Source: Candidatus Bathyarchaeia archaeon
GTDB lineage: Archaea > Thermoproteota > Bathyarchaeia > Bathyarchaeales > Bathycorpusculaceae
Reading direction: 5' to 3'
DNA: 64,000 bases
NCBI GenBank assembly: GCA_038883715.1
Contig: JAVZLS010000004.1
Coordinates: 1-64,000, forward strand
Shown: piece after piece, positions 1 to 8,272 of the stretch
Layout of the letters: the number at the start of each line of letters is the position of its first letter
Position numbering within the stretch: position 1 is the first letter of the stretch
Made by a program: the position numbers and the translations under genes
Notes under the pieces: generated by a model
What the model was told of the DNA's origin: nothing
Databases searched by the model: none
The model's input: only the letters and a program-made list of their open reading frames with translations

Positions 1-117
1 ACCGCCAACCTCAAAAACTGGATTCTCAAGAAGTTCAACAACCTTTTTACGAAGTTCCTTGTCACGAATTTTCTCTGTTATGGCCTTTATTTTCGGATGA
101 AGCAAACTTTCACGCAT
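1..117 (-). CDS. 5' part of a gene running off the window edge; possibly HD-domain phosphohydrolase (MptB-like N-terminus)
   Basis: Hand translation from ATG at 117: MRESLLHPKIKAITEKIRDKELRKKVVELLENPVFEVGG..., open to the window edge. The family guess rests on the N-terminal pattern only. Confidence 0.5.
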   Translation of the reverse strand, partial: MRESLLHPKIKAITEKIRDKELRKKVVELLENPVFEVGG

Positions 118-190
118 CCGCTGTCGGCTTAATACTATTCACCTATTTTACACCTTTCAAGGATATTACACTTTACAATCACTTGGATGT

Positions 191-856
191 TTAGGGGCGA
201 ATTTTGTTTCGCTCAGCTGTTGCTATTTCATGCGCCATTCTCAATGGTTCTGGGATGCCACTGTAGCGCATGCAGTGCCTAACAATCTTTATGGCTGTTT
301 CAAGCGAAACCATATGTCCAACACTAACATAAAGAACTTTCCCTGCAGAGGTTTTTAGCGCAGCTCCAACAATCTCACCCTCATGCCAAAGATAAGCAAA
401 ATCCCTTTCACCGAAGGGCTCAACTTCGCCGACAAGCTTGCTCTTCGCAACACCTATAGTCGGCTTATCCATAACGACGCCCAAATGGCTTGCAAAACCA
501 CATCGGTACGGATGCGCAGAGCCTTGCCCGTCAACCAAGAAAACGTCAGGATGAATTTTCAACTTTTTAATGCATATAAGTGTAGGCGGTAATTCCCTAA
601 ATGAAAGAAGCGTTGGAACATACGGAAAAGAAACTTTGCGAGCGGCTGTTTGAGCCTCAACAAGTTTTAAACTTTCATAATCTAGAACAACAGCAGCGCT
701 TACAGCTAGGTTTCCAGCGTAGGCAACATCGACGCCTGCCACATATCGGATTTCTTTTGGCAGCTTATCCTCAAAAATGATATGTTTTGAAAGTTGGAGT
801 TGCACCTTGCGTGCCTTCTCAATTGAAAAGCGGGACTTCAAATTGGATAGGCTCAT
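191..856 (-). CDS. nfi: Endonuclease V (deoxyinosine/inosine 3'-endonuclease)
   Basis: Motifs AGVDVAY, FPYVPTLLSFRE, LVDGQGSAHP, IGVAKS, YVSVGH, PEPLRMAH. Confidence 0.95.
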   Translation of the reverse strand: MSLSNLKSRFSIEKARKVQLQLSKHIIFEDKLPKEIRYVAGVDVAYAGNLAVSAAVVLDYESLKLVEAQTAARKVSFPYVPTLLSFRELPPTLICIKKLKIHPDVFLVDGQGSAHPYRCGFASHLGVVMDKPTIGVAKSKLVGEVEPFGERDFAYLWHEGEIVGAALKTSAGKVLYVSVGHMVSLETAIKIVRHCMRYSGIPEPLRMAHEIATAERNKIRP

Positions 857-1525
857 CTATCTTCCTTTTTCAAGAGCCTCAAAGCGTCTTTCCAACCTTT
901 CAAAACGTTTCATGTACTTTTCAAGGGATTGCCTTCGCACTTCGTGGGTTACGTCGCCCCTTGTGGTTTCAATAATTTTCCTTGCAACATCGCATTTTCT
1001 TCGAAGCCCAGGAACGAGCATGTAGGCTTCATCCATAGCCATAAGCTCCGTATAAATCTCATCCATCACTTTTAAGCACTGCTCGCTTTTCCTCGCATCA
1101 CCCTCCCGTAGAGCATCCAAAGCCAAACGCCTATACTCGCCAATAACGTCTGCAAGACCAAGAACATAATCTATGGAAGGCACGTTTATTTCCGTGGGCG
1201 TGATAAATCGCTCCTCCTCAATCAGTGTGAGAAATATGTTTGCCTCAGCGTACTCTTGAAGAGCAATGTCATATAAGCCACTGTGAATTATGTCTGGATG
1301 CTCCTTTGCAATTACACTAAGCCTAGAAATTATCTCCTTAGCCTTTTCAAGAAGCCTCCTAGCCTCTTTAAGCCTTTTTTGGTGAATAAAAAGTATCGCC
1401 TGCTTAGAAATGCTAGTCAATTTTCTCATGTCAGCTTGGGCTTTGTCTCGAATTTTCTCTTTACCCTTAAGCTCCTTTCTTATCTGTTTTAAAACAGTTT
1501 TCAAAGAGGACATATGCTCCAACAC
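857..1525 (-). CDS. Translin/TRAX family protein (archaeal C3PO-like RNase)
   Basis: All-helical 222 aa with QEYAEA, YVLGLADVIGE and LRRKCD motifs. Start may be the ATG at 1513. Confidence 0.85.
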   Translation of the reverse strand: MLEHMSSLKTVLKQIRKELKGKEKIRDKAQADMRKLTSISKQAILFIHQKRLKEARRLLEKAKEIISRLSVIAKEHPDIIHSGLYDIALQEYAEANIFLTLIEEERFITPTEINVPSIDYVLGLADVIGEYRRLALDALREGDARKSEQCLKVMDEIYTELMAMDEAYMLVPGLRRKCDVARKIIETTRGDVTHEVRRQSLEKYMKRFERLERRFEALEKGR

Positions 1526-1621
1526 TTCTATCTCGGCATTTCTATAAAATAGAGGGAAACTACTATTTTATCGTTGTCAAAAAGTTTGGAGGTTGGCGGC
1601 GAAATTTTGAGCGCTTTGCTT

Positions 1622-1828
1622 TTAGCTGCTTTGCTGCTGTTTTTCTTGCTGTTCTGGCCAACGCTCAATAAGTAGCTTGTCGTCTCCGATTTTGAAACTT
1701 ACTTTTACGAATATCGAGTCTGAGCCTTTGAAGGGGAACATGCTGTCTTCAGCCAAGTCCTTCGGCAAATATATTAGGAATTTGCCATCCTTCCGCCTGA
1801 ATAATCTGCCTTTTCCTTCACTAACCAT
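1622..1828 (-). CDS. Small hypothetical protein, possible AbrB/MazE-like swapped-hairpin DNA-binding fold
   Basis: MVSEGKGRLFRRKDGKFLIYLPKDLAED...KLLIERW shows a beta-hairpin/IxLPK/beta pattern. ATG at 1828 preferred to 1864. Confidence 0.55.
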   Translation of the reverse strand: MVSEGKGRLFRRKDGKFLIYLPKDLAEDSMFPFKGSDSIFVKVSFKIGDDKLLIERWPEQQEKQQQSS

Positions 1829-1920
1829 AGGTTGCACCTCAATGAAAGCGATTTTGAACACCAATGAATGAAAAGCGAGTTATTTAACTTTTACTCCGAC
1901 AAGCCGAGTACGGGAAGCCT

Positions 1921-2880
1921 TTAACCCGGTGAAAACTTTATTGGCTTTTCAAGCTTGCTCAACAACACTACACGGCTTTCTTCAGACTCGTCAATAACCT
2001 TGTAGCCAGTGGCGCTTGCAAGCTGTAGTGCAAATTCACGTATTTCCTTGTGGCTGGGCATGCTCTCGTAACCCAACCGCAGCCTTGAAAAACCAACGTG
2101 CATGTAGGCTTTAGGCTCAACATATGTGGGGTTAGCCTTCTCTATTAGTTTGGCATATTCCTCGACATTCCTCATATTTAAGCCGCGCACAGCGGTTATC
2201 CGAATCACTGTTGGGCAACTGAAACTTTGGAGAAGCTCCAGAGTTTCGTTAAGCTTTTCCCAAGCATCCGCTGATATTGGACGGCAAACTTTTCGATGAA
2301 TCTCCCTGTTCGGAGCGCAGACAGAAATGTAGAGCTGCGTTGGCTCATGACTTATTTTAGCCAATGCAGATGGAACCGTGCCATTGGACACCAGAAAAGT
2401 GGTGAAACCTCTCCTATGAAAGGCGTCTAAAAGCTCGCCTATAGGCTCATATAAAGTTGGTTCGCCAGTTAGGCTTATCGCCGTGTGCCTTGGTCTTAAG
2501 GCTTCCTTAAACTTTTGAGGATTCGCCTTAGGGTTGCCCTTATACCCGCTTAAGATTTCAAGTTGTGCTTTTATGCTTCCCTCAACAATTTCTTCTGGGG
2601 AATCCCATTTTGGCAGTTTGGTTTCTTCCCATGTAATCTGGAGGTCTCCGCTCTGGGCTCTCCAGCAGAAAAGGCATCTCTGCGTGCAGTAGAAAAGTGC
2701 TGGAGTCATCTGAATGCACTGGTGGGATTTTATCCCGTAAAACTTCTGCTTATAACATGGCCTATCATGGACGAGGCTTTCATAGAGCCACCTACACCTT
2801 TTGACGGCCGAATGCCTACCAACAATATGGTATTTATGTTTCTTTAATGCTTCAATTAGCGCTTCTGGAACAAGGCTCAT
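1921..2880 (-). CDS. taw1: 4-demethylwyosine synthase Taw1/TYW1 (radical SAM)
   Basis: HSAVKRCRW, CYKQKFYGIKSHQCIQMTP, CTQRCLFCWR (CxxxCxxC), ISLTGEPTLY, KAYMHVGFSR. The ORF extends to 2910. Confidence 0.95.
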   Translation of the reverse strand: MSLVPEALIEALKKHKYHIVGRHSAVKRCRWLYESLVHDRPCYKQKFYGIKSHQCIQMTPALFYCTQRCLFCWRAQSGDLQITWEETKLPKWDSPEEIVEGSIKAQLEILSGYKGNPKANPQKFKEALRPRHTAISLTGEPTLYEPIGELLDAFHRRGFTTFLVSNGTVPSALAKISHEPTQLYISVCAPNREIHRKVCRPISADAWEKLNETLELLQSFSCPTVIRITAVRGLNMRNVEEYAKLIEKANPTYVEPKAYMHVGFSRLRLGYESMPSHKEIREFALQLASATGYKVIDESEESRVVLLSKLEKPIKFSPG

Positions 2881-2946
2881 AGCCGACGCCACATGAAGGC
2901 TTTTCCACATGTTAAAAACTTGGACGATTTTATAAAAGTGCCTTTC

Positions 2947-4140
2947 TCACCGCTTAAAACAGTATTCAATGCTTTGAAATTCCGAGCATAATTTTACGAC
3001 CTCGCGCCTAATTATCTTTGGATTTTCTCTGTCAAAAACTGTCCTTTTAATAAGCTCGGCTATTTTCGCCATTTCCTCTTCCTTCATTCCACGCCTTGTA
3101 ACTTCGCATGTTCCAAGCCTTATTACGCAGTCGACGATTATATTCGCCCGCTGAAGTTTTTCGGCTATCTCTCTACCCCGCTCATAATTTCCATAGTCTA
3201 GGATAACTTGGTGAGACTGGGTAAAGCCTAAATGGGAGTATTTAACTGGGAAACCATACGCGTGCAAGTTTTTGGCTAAAGCTTTTGCATTGCGGACGAC
3301 TTGTTCGGCATATTCTCTGCCAAACTCCTTCATTTCAGCAAGAGCCAAAGTTAATGCTGCAATGCGGTTCCAGTGGGCGTTGTCCACAAACCTAGGATAA
3401 ATCTTAGCCTTCATCGCTTCACCACGCTTTTTATCAGCCAGAATTATGCCGCCTTGAGGTCCAAAGAAGGATTTGTGCGTAGAACCAAATAATGCATATG
3501 CGCCTTCTCCCAACGGGTCTTGAAATTGTTTCCCTGCAATAAGTCCCAAAACATGGGAGCCGTCAAAACCAACACATGCACCAATTTCACGAGCAGCATC
3601 AGCTAACTCTTTAAGAGGATGGGGGAACGTTATGAGGCTTGCACCGAAAATCAGAAGCTTTGGCTTTACAAGCCTAATGGTTTCTTTGGCTTTCTCAACA
3701 TCAATGTTCATGGCATCCTTAACAAAGGGAAATGGAACTACTCTTAAACCTAAAAGACCGGCTAACCCGTCTTGCCATAATCCGGGGTAGCCTCCATCCT
3801 CTGGCGAGACACACATAAGCGTGTCGCCCGGCTTGGAAAAACAAGCAGCAAAAATCATGTCGGCAATATGCCCAGAAATCGGACGCAAATCAGCGGTTTC
3901 AGCCCCAAAAATGTCTTTCGCCAATTCCTCGCCGAACTGCTCAATTTCATCCATGAATTTTGTGCCCATGTAAAAGCGGTTCCGGGCGGTGTAGCGGTGA
4001 CCAAGCTCAGAGCTGAGGAGAGCACGCACTGCTGGGCTCATGACGTTCTCTGATGGGATAAGGTTTAGGCATTCTTTCCCGCGCCAATTCTCATGTTTCC
4101 CAACGAGAGCCAGTATTTCGCTAATCATAGAAACCCTCAC
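2947..4140 (-). CDS. glyA: Serine hydroxymethyltransferase
   Basis: LNLIPSENVMS, DGSHVLGLIAG, STHKSFFGPQGG (PLP lysine), IRLGTCEVTRRGM. Confidence 0.92.
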   Translation of the reverse strand: MRVSMISEILALVGKHENWRGKECLNLIPSENVMSPAVRALLSSELGHRYTARNRFYMGTKFMDEIEQFGEELAKDIFGAETADLRPISGHIADMIFAACFSKPGDTLMCVSPEDGGYPGLWQDGLAGLLGLRVVPFPFVKDAMNIDVEKAKETIRLVKPKLLIFGASLITFPHPLKELADAAREIGACVGFDGSHVLGLIAGKQFQDPLGEGAYALFGSTHKSFFGPQGGIILADKKRGEAMKAKIYPRFVDNAHWNRIAALTLALAEMKEFGREYAEQVVRNAKALAKNLHAYGFPVKYSHLGFTQSHQVILDYGNYERGREIAEKLQRANIIVDCVIRLGTCEVTRRGMKEEEMAKIAELIKRTVFDRENPKIIRREVVKLCSEFQSIEYCFKR

Positions 4141-4250
4141 ATGCGCTAAACTTTAAACAATAACTGCTTAAAGGGATTGCCTTTAAAAGGTAAAGTTTAA
4201 AATGTTCCCTTCATAGTAAATGTTTCACATCACCAGTAAACTTTGGAGCG

Positions 4251-6347
4251 TTGGAGAGTAGCAGCTTGAAAAAGAAGACTACTATAATCACGCTGATAGC
4301 CTTGTTAACCTTAACAATTTTCGCGCAAATAATTTCTCCACGCGTAAATGCGGTTGACGTAAAAATTACTTCCGTTACGCCTACAACCCATCGAGGAAAA
4401 GTTGGAGAAACAGTTCACATTACTGGAACAATAAACACAACAGACGGGTGGTACCAAATCCTGTTTAATAACACCCTAGTGGTGAACGGAACAGCATTCG
4501 GAAATAATGTGAGCGCCTCATTCACAGTTCCAGCCCTTCCCAGCGGAAATTATACGCTGACATTACTGGACAAAACTGCAAACATCGCCGACACTTCCTG
4601 GTTCGTTATTGAAACTGCCTATATCCTCAAAGTCAGCAAGCCCGAATATCCAAGACAACTACAACAAAACGCAACGGTTAACATTTCAATAAGCATAACC
4701 GGAGGAAAAGCAAACATGGTTTACTCCGCAAACATAACAGTGAAAACACCTGCTAACGAGATATACTCAAGGAACATCCAACTTTCAAACACGACGGATA
4801 CGGGAATTGGAAATGCAACAATCGTATATCCGTTTGGAAATGCTCACACAAACTATACTGGAACATACACGGTTAGCTTTAATGGAACATTGGCGTCCGA
4901 CACGTTTTTCATAGGGTTGACAGACCTCGCGGAATATCATAGAAATGACATGATGAAGATTTGGGCTGTTGGCTACTCATCACTTGACAAGGTTAACATT
5001 ACAATAAAATCAGAAAAAGGTGAAAAAATCGACGAGTTTCCATGGAATGTCACAGATGGTGTGGTCGACGCGAGTTGGCCTGTACCAATAAAAATGCTCA
5101 TTGGAAACTATAGCGTTACTATTACGCCAAAGGTAAAGGTGAAAGCAGTAAATGACACACAAACATTTGCGGTTCCAGGTTTTAAGACGGAAATTGTGCC
5201 ACGCAACCTTGCCGATGAACCGGTGCCCGACGTTCTCGTAAGAATATATGATAAGTGGGCAAACGAAACCTACAACGTCACAAGTAATAGAAGCGGCGTC
5301 GCAACCAAACAGCTGGAAAGGGGCGAATACAACGCCACAGCTTACTTCAAAAAAGTCAAAGTTGGCCAAGCCTTAACATTCAGCATAGAAAACGAAAGCC
5401 TAACGCTGAACTTCACATGTCAGCTTACAAACCTAAACATAACGGTGGTCAGCGCTCGAGGAGTAAAAATTCCATTTGTGTCTATAAGGCTTTACTATAA
5501 TTTCACAACAGACCTTGACGGAAGAAAAGCTGCCAATGAAACAGTCTCATTCCAAACGGACATAACGGGGACCGCAAAACAGCACTCTTTCTTATTAAAT
5601 GCCTCCTACAAAATGAACGCCTCACGTTACGAGCAGATTTTTTACCAAACCACATTTGCCAATTTAGAACCTTGCGCATGGAAAGATATAACAATATTTT
5701 GCCCGGAAAGAGTTTTATATGTCAGCGTAACCGACTGGGAAGGTAAACCAATAGAAAATGCTTTGGTGAAGCTGCAAGAGCTGATGGGAGGACTACACTA
5801 CACTAACCGTACAGACAATAATGGTAACGCAACTTTCAACTGCCTTTTTGGGAAATATTATCTCAAAATTTACTCGGACGCAATACAGCTAAATGAGACA
5901 ACTATTGAATTATTTAATAACAGAACAGTGACCATTCGCTGCGCCCTTTACAACCTACCCATATGCGTAAAAGTTGTTGACTACTTTGGGCAGCCGATTC
6001 CAAATGCAAACGTAACCCTGGAAAGAGGCGGTGCCAAAATAAATTCAAGAGTCACAGGGACGGATGGCATTGCCAGTTTTAGAGAAATTGGTGAAACATT
6101 GACGATAAAAGTTTATTTGACAAACTGGGACTCGCCAGACGCTACGCTTACAACGTATATTGGTGAGAAGAGGGATTATTCAAACCCGATTTTGGTTAAA
6201 ATAGGGAAGTATGTTGTTTTGGCAGGCTTGTTGATTGACACAGTCCAGTTTGCCATGACCATATTAATTCTTGCCACGATGGTGCTGGTTGCAATAATAG
6301 AGATTGTTAGAAGAAAACGGCTTAAAACCAGCAAAGTTTCAAGTTGA
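4251..6347 (+). CDS. Large cell-surface glycoprotein: signal peptide, repeated beta-sandwich (carboxypeptidase-regulatory-like) domains, C-terminal TM anchor
   Basis: N-terminal KKK plus hydrophobic stretch; repeated V.D..G.PI.NA.V.L...TD..G.A.F units; about 30 NxS/T sequons; C-terminal TM followed by RRKR. Confidence 0.8.
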   Translation: MESSSLKKKTTIITLIALLTLTIFAQIISPRVNAVDVKITSVTPTTHRGKVGETVHITGTINTTDGWYQILFNNTLVVNGTAFGNNVSASFTVPALPSGNYTLTLLDKTANIADTSWFVIETAYILKVSKPEYPRQLQQNATVNISISITGGKANMVYSANITVKTPANEIYSRNIQLSNTTDTGIGNATIVYPFGNAHTNYTGTYTVSFNGTLASDTFFIGLTDLAEYHRNDMMKIWAVGYSSLDKVNITIKSEKGEKIDEFPWNVTDGVVDASWPVPIKMLIGNYSVTITPKVKVKAVNDTQTFAVPGFKTEIVPRNLADEPVPDVLVRIYDKWANETYNVTSNRSGVATKQLERGEYNATAYFKKVKVGQALTFSIENESLTLNFTCQLTNLNITVVSARGVKIPFVSIRLYYNFTTDLDGRKAANETVSFQTDITGTAKQHSFLLNASYKMNASRYEQIFYQTTFANLEPCAWKDITIFCPERVLYVSVTDWEGKPIENALVKLQELMGGLHYTNRTDNNGNATFNCLFGKYYLKIYSDAIQLNETTIELFNNRTVTIRCALYNLPICVKVVDYFGQPIPNANVTLERGGAKINSRVTGTDGIASFREIGETLTIKVYLTNWDSPDATLTTYIGEKRDYSNPILVKIGKYVVLAGLLIDTVQFAMTILILATMVLVAIIEIVRRKRLKTSKVSS

Positions 6348-6462
6348 AGTTTGAATATTGAGTCTTACGGGAAAAACTTTATATCAAAATGTTGCGGAAC
6401 ATATCACAAGAAAAGAGCTAGAAAACTAAAATTTTAGAATAACTGGAAAGGTTGAATCCACA

Positions 6463-6750
6463 TTGGCGCAGGTAAAGATGTGTTCTCCCACATGTGAACT
6501 CTTCAAGTGTGGCAAAAATGCCGCGGTTTACCGCCGAAACGGAGTCTGGTGCCGCTGGACTGAGGACATCTGCAACGTGGCAAACTGCTCGTATGCCCTC
6601 TGCACAAAAAGAAGACTTCTTCCGAGAGGAATATGCGGAGAAACCGTCAAAAGAAAAACAACTGAAAAACAGCCGGAAGAAGTTGTTGGACCAGCAATAA
6701 AGCTTCGAGGAAGAGCCCTCCGCAAAATAGGAGAAAGAGAACTGTTCTAA
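6463..6750 (+). CDS. Cys-rich (8 Cys) basic hypothetical protein, probably Zn-binding
   Basis: CSPTCELFKC...WCRWTEDICNVANCSYALC...GICG; TTG start after GGTTGA; TATA-like TTTATAT upstream near 6378. Confidence 0.7.
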   Translation: MAQVKMCSPTCELFKCGKNAAVYRRNGVWCRWTEDICNVANCSYALCTKRRLLPRGICGETVKRKTTEKQPEEVVGPAIKLRGRALRKIGERELF

Positions 6751-6812
6751 ACTGAACCACATTAAAAGAGCTTAAGCCTTCGAACCACGTGCTTAAAATA
6801 GCCTATTGAACA

Positions 6813-6980
6813 CTATCTGGCTTGGACACGCTTAACAACAGGCGGCCTAATCTTTTTCAAAACGCGGTAGCCGCACACTGTGCATTTTATTTCTCCGCCA
6901 CGAAGTTCAAGCTCCTCCGTAGAAACCTTTGCTCCACAACGTAGGCACTCGTAAACGATTCCTGTTGTTATTTTCTCCAT
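6813..6980 (-). CDS. rpoP: DNA-directed RNA polymerase subunit P (Rpo12); not in the ORF track (55 aa)
   Basis: Hand translation MEKITTGIVYECLRCGAKVSTEELELRGGEIKCTVCGYRVLKKIRPPVVKRVQAR*, the typical YxCxxCG...CxxCGYRVLxKxRPP Zn ribbon. Confidence 0.93.
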   Translation of the reverse strand: MEKITTGIVYECLRCGAKVSTEELELRGGEIKCTVCGYRVLKKIRPPVVKRVQAR

Positions 6981-7061
6981 AATGCGCCACCCTTCCCATT
7001 ACAGAGGGGTTTTTGCTTTTAAGCATTTCCAATACCACTATTATCGTAGCGAGGACTAGCA

Positions 7062-7934
7062 ATGAAAAAGCGTTTAAAGACCCTTCTGTCCAAAATTATT
7101 CCGCCGGAGGAATTATCCAACATCTACAACTCCTACGACATTGTCGGAGACATAGTCATAATACGTCTAACTGAAAAATCCAGAAAATATAGCCAAATCA
7201 TCGCCGAGACCATTATGAAAGTTCATAAAAATGTTAAGACCGTTTTGGCGCAGATAGGCCCAGTTCATGGAGATTATAGGCTCCGAAAATTGGAGCATAT
7301 AGCTGGAGAAAAAAGGACAACGACCATTCATAAGGAGTCTGGATGTCTTTTTTCGGTGGATGTGGAAAAGTGCTATTTTTCTCCCAGACTTTTTTATGAA
7401 AGAATGCGAGTTGCCAAACTTGTTAAGTATGGAGAAACTATCGTGAACATGTTTGCCGGAGTGGGATGCTTCTCGCTGATTATTGCCAGACACTCAAACG
7501 CCTCAAAAATTTATTCAATAGACATAAACCCCATAGCCATTCAATACGTGAAAGAAAATGTTAGGCTAAATAGGGCCTTTGGAAGGGTTATTCCAGTAGA
7601 GGGAGACGCAAAAGAAATCGTCCAAAAAATGCTTCACAACATAGCTGATAGGGTTTTGATGCCGCTGCCGGAGAAAGCCTTTGAGTATTTGCCCTACGCC
7701 CTCTTAGCCCTGAAAGATGGAAAAGGATGGATACACTATTACGATTTTGAACACGCTGCAAAGGAGGAAAACGCTGTTGAAAAGGTTAAGGTTAAGGTTT
7801 CAAAAAGACTTGAAGAGTTAGGGGTGAAGTTTGAAATCCCCTTTGGCAGAATTATTCGCACAACTGGTCCAAACTGGTACCAAATTGTCTTGGACATCAA
7901 AACAACAAGCCACGCATGTACGCCACAATCTTAA
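7062..7934 (+). CDS. Trm5/TYW2 (Met-10+) family tRNA G37 SAM-dependent transferase
   Basis: YDIVGDIVII, YFSPRLFYER, NMFAGVGCFS, IDINP, DRVLMPLP, GWIHYY. Confidence 0.88.
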   Translation: MKKRLKTLLSKIIPPEELSNIYNSYDIVGDIVIIRLTEKSRKYSQIIAETIMKVHKNVKTVLAQIGPVHGDYRLRKLEHIAGEKRTTTIHKESGCLFSVDVEKCYFSPRLFYERMRVAKLVKYGETIVNMFAGVGCFSLIIARHSNASKIYSIDINPIAIQYVKENVRLNRAFGRVIPVEGDAKEIVQKMLHNIADRVLMPLPEKAFEYLPYALLALKDGKGWIHYYDFEHAAKEENAVEKVKVKVSKRLEELGVKFEIPFGRIIRTTGPNWYQIVLDIKTTSHACTPQS

Positions 7935-8005
7935 AGGCGGTTAAACGCTTTTAAATACAAGACATGTAAATTCTGGTTAAGGGGGGAAGAAGAATTAAAA
8001 GGAAA

Positions 8006-8269
8006 TTGATGGAAATTCTCGCGTGTCCCATCGACAAGCACTATCCGCTGGAGCTTTATGTTTTTGAGGAAAAGGATGAAATTGTTGAAGGCTTAATTAT
8101 TTGTCCAAAATGCCTAAGATGGTATCCAATCCGTGATGAAATACCCGAAATGCTTCCGGATGAACTGCGCAAAGAAAATGAGGACTTACCCTTCCTCAAA
8201 AAATGGAGGGAAAAGATCCCAGAGAAGATTCTCTTTGAAGGTAGACCTTTTAACCTAAAAGGGAAATAG
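8006..8269 (+). CDS. Trm112 family methyltransferase activator
   Basis: MEILACPIDKHYPL...EGLIICPKCLRWYPIRDEIPEMLPD. Start uncertain (7994/8006/8009). Confidence 0.88.
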   Translation: MMEILACPIDKHYPLELYVFEEKDEIVEGLIICPKCLRWYPIRDEIPEMLPDELRKENEDLPFLKKWREKIPEKILFEGRPFNLKGK

Positions 8270-8272
8270 AGC

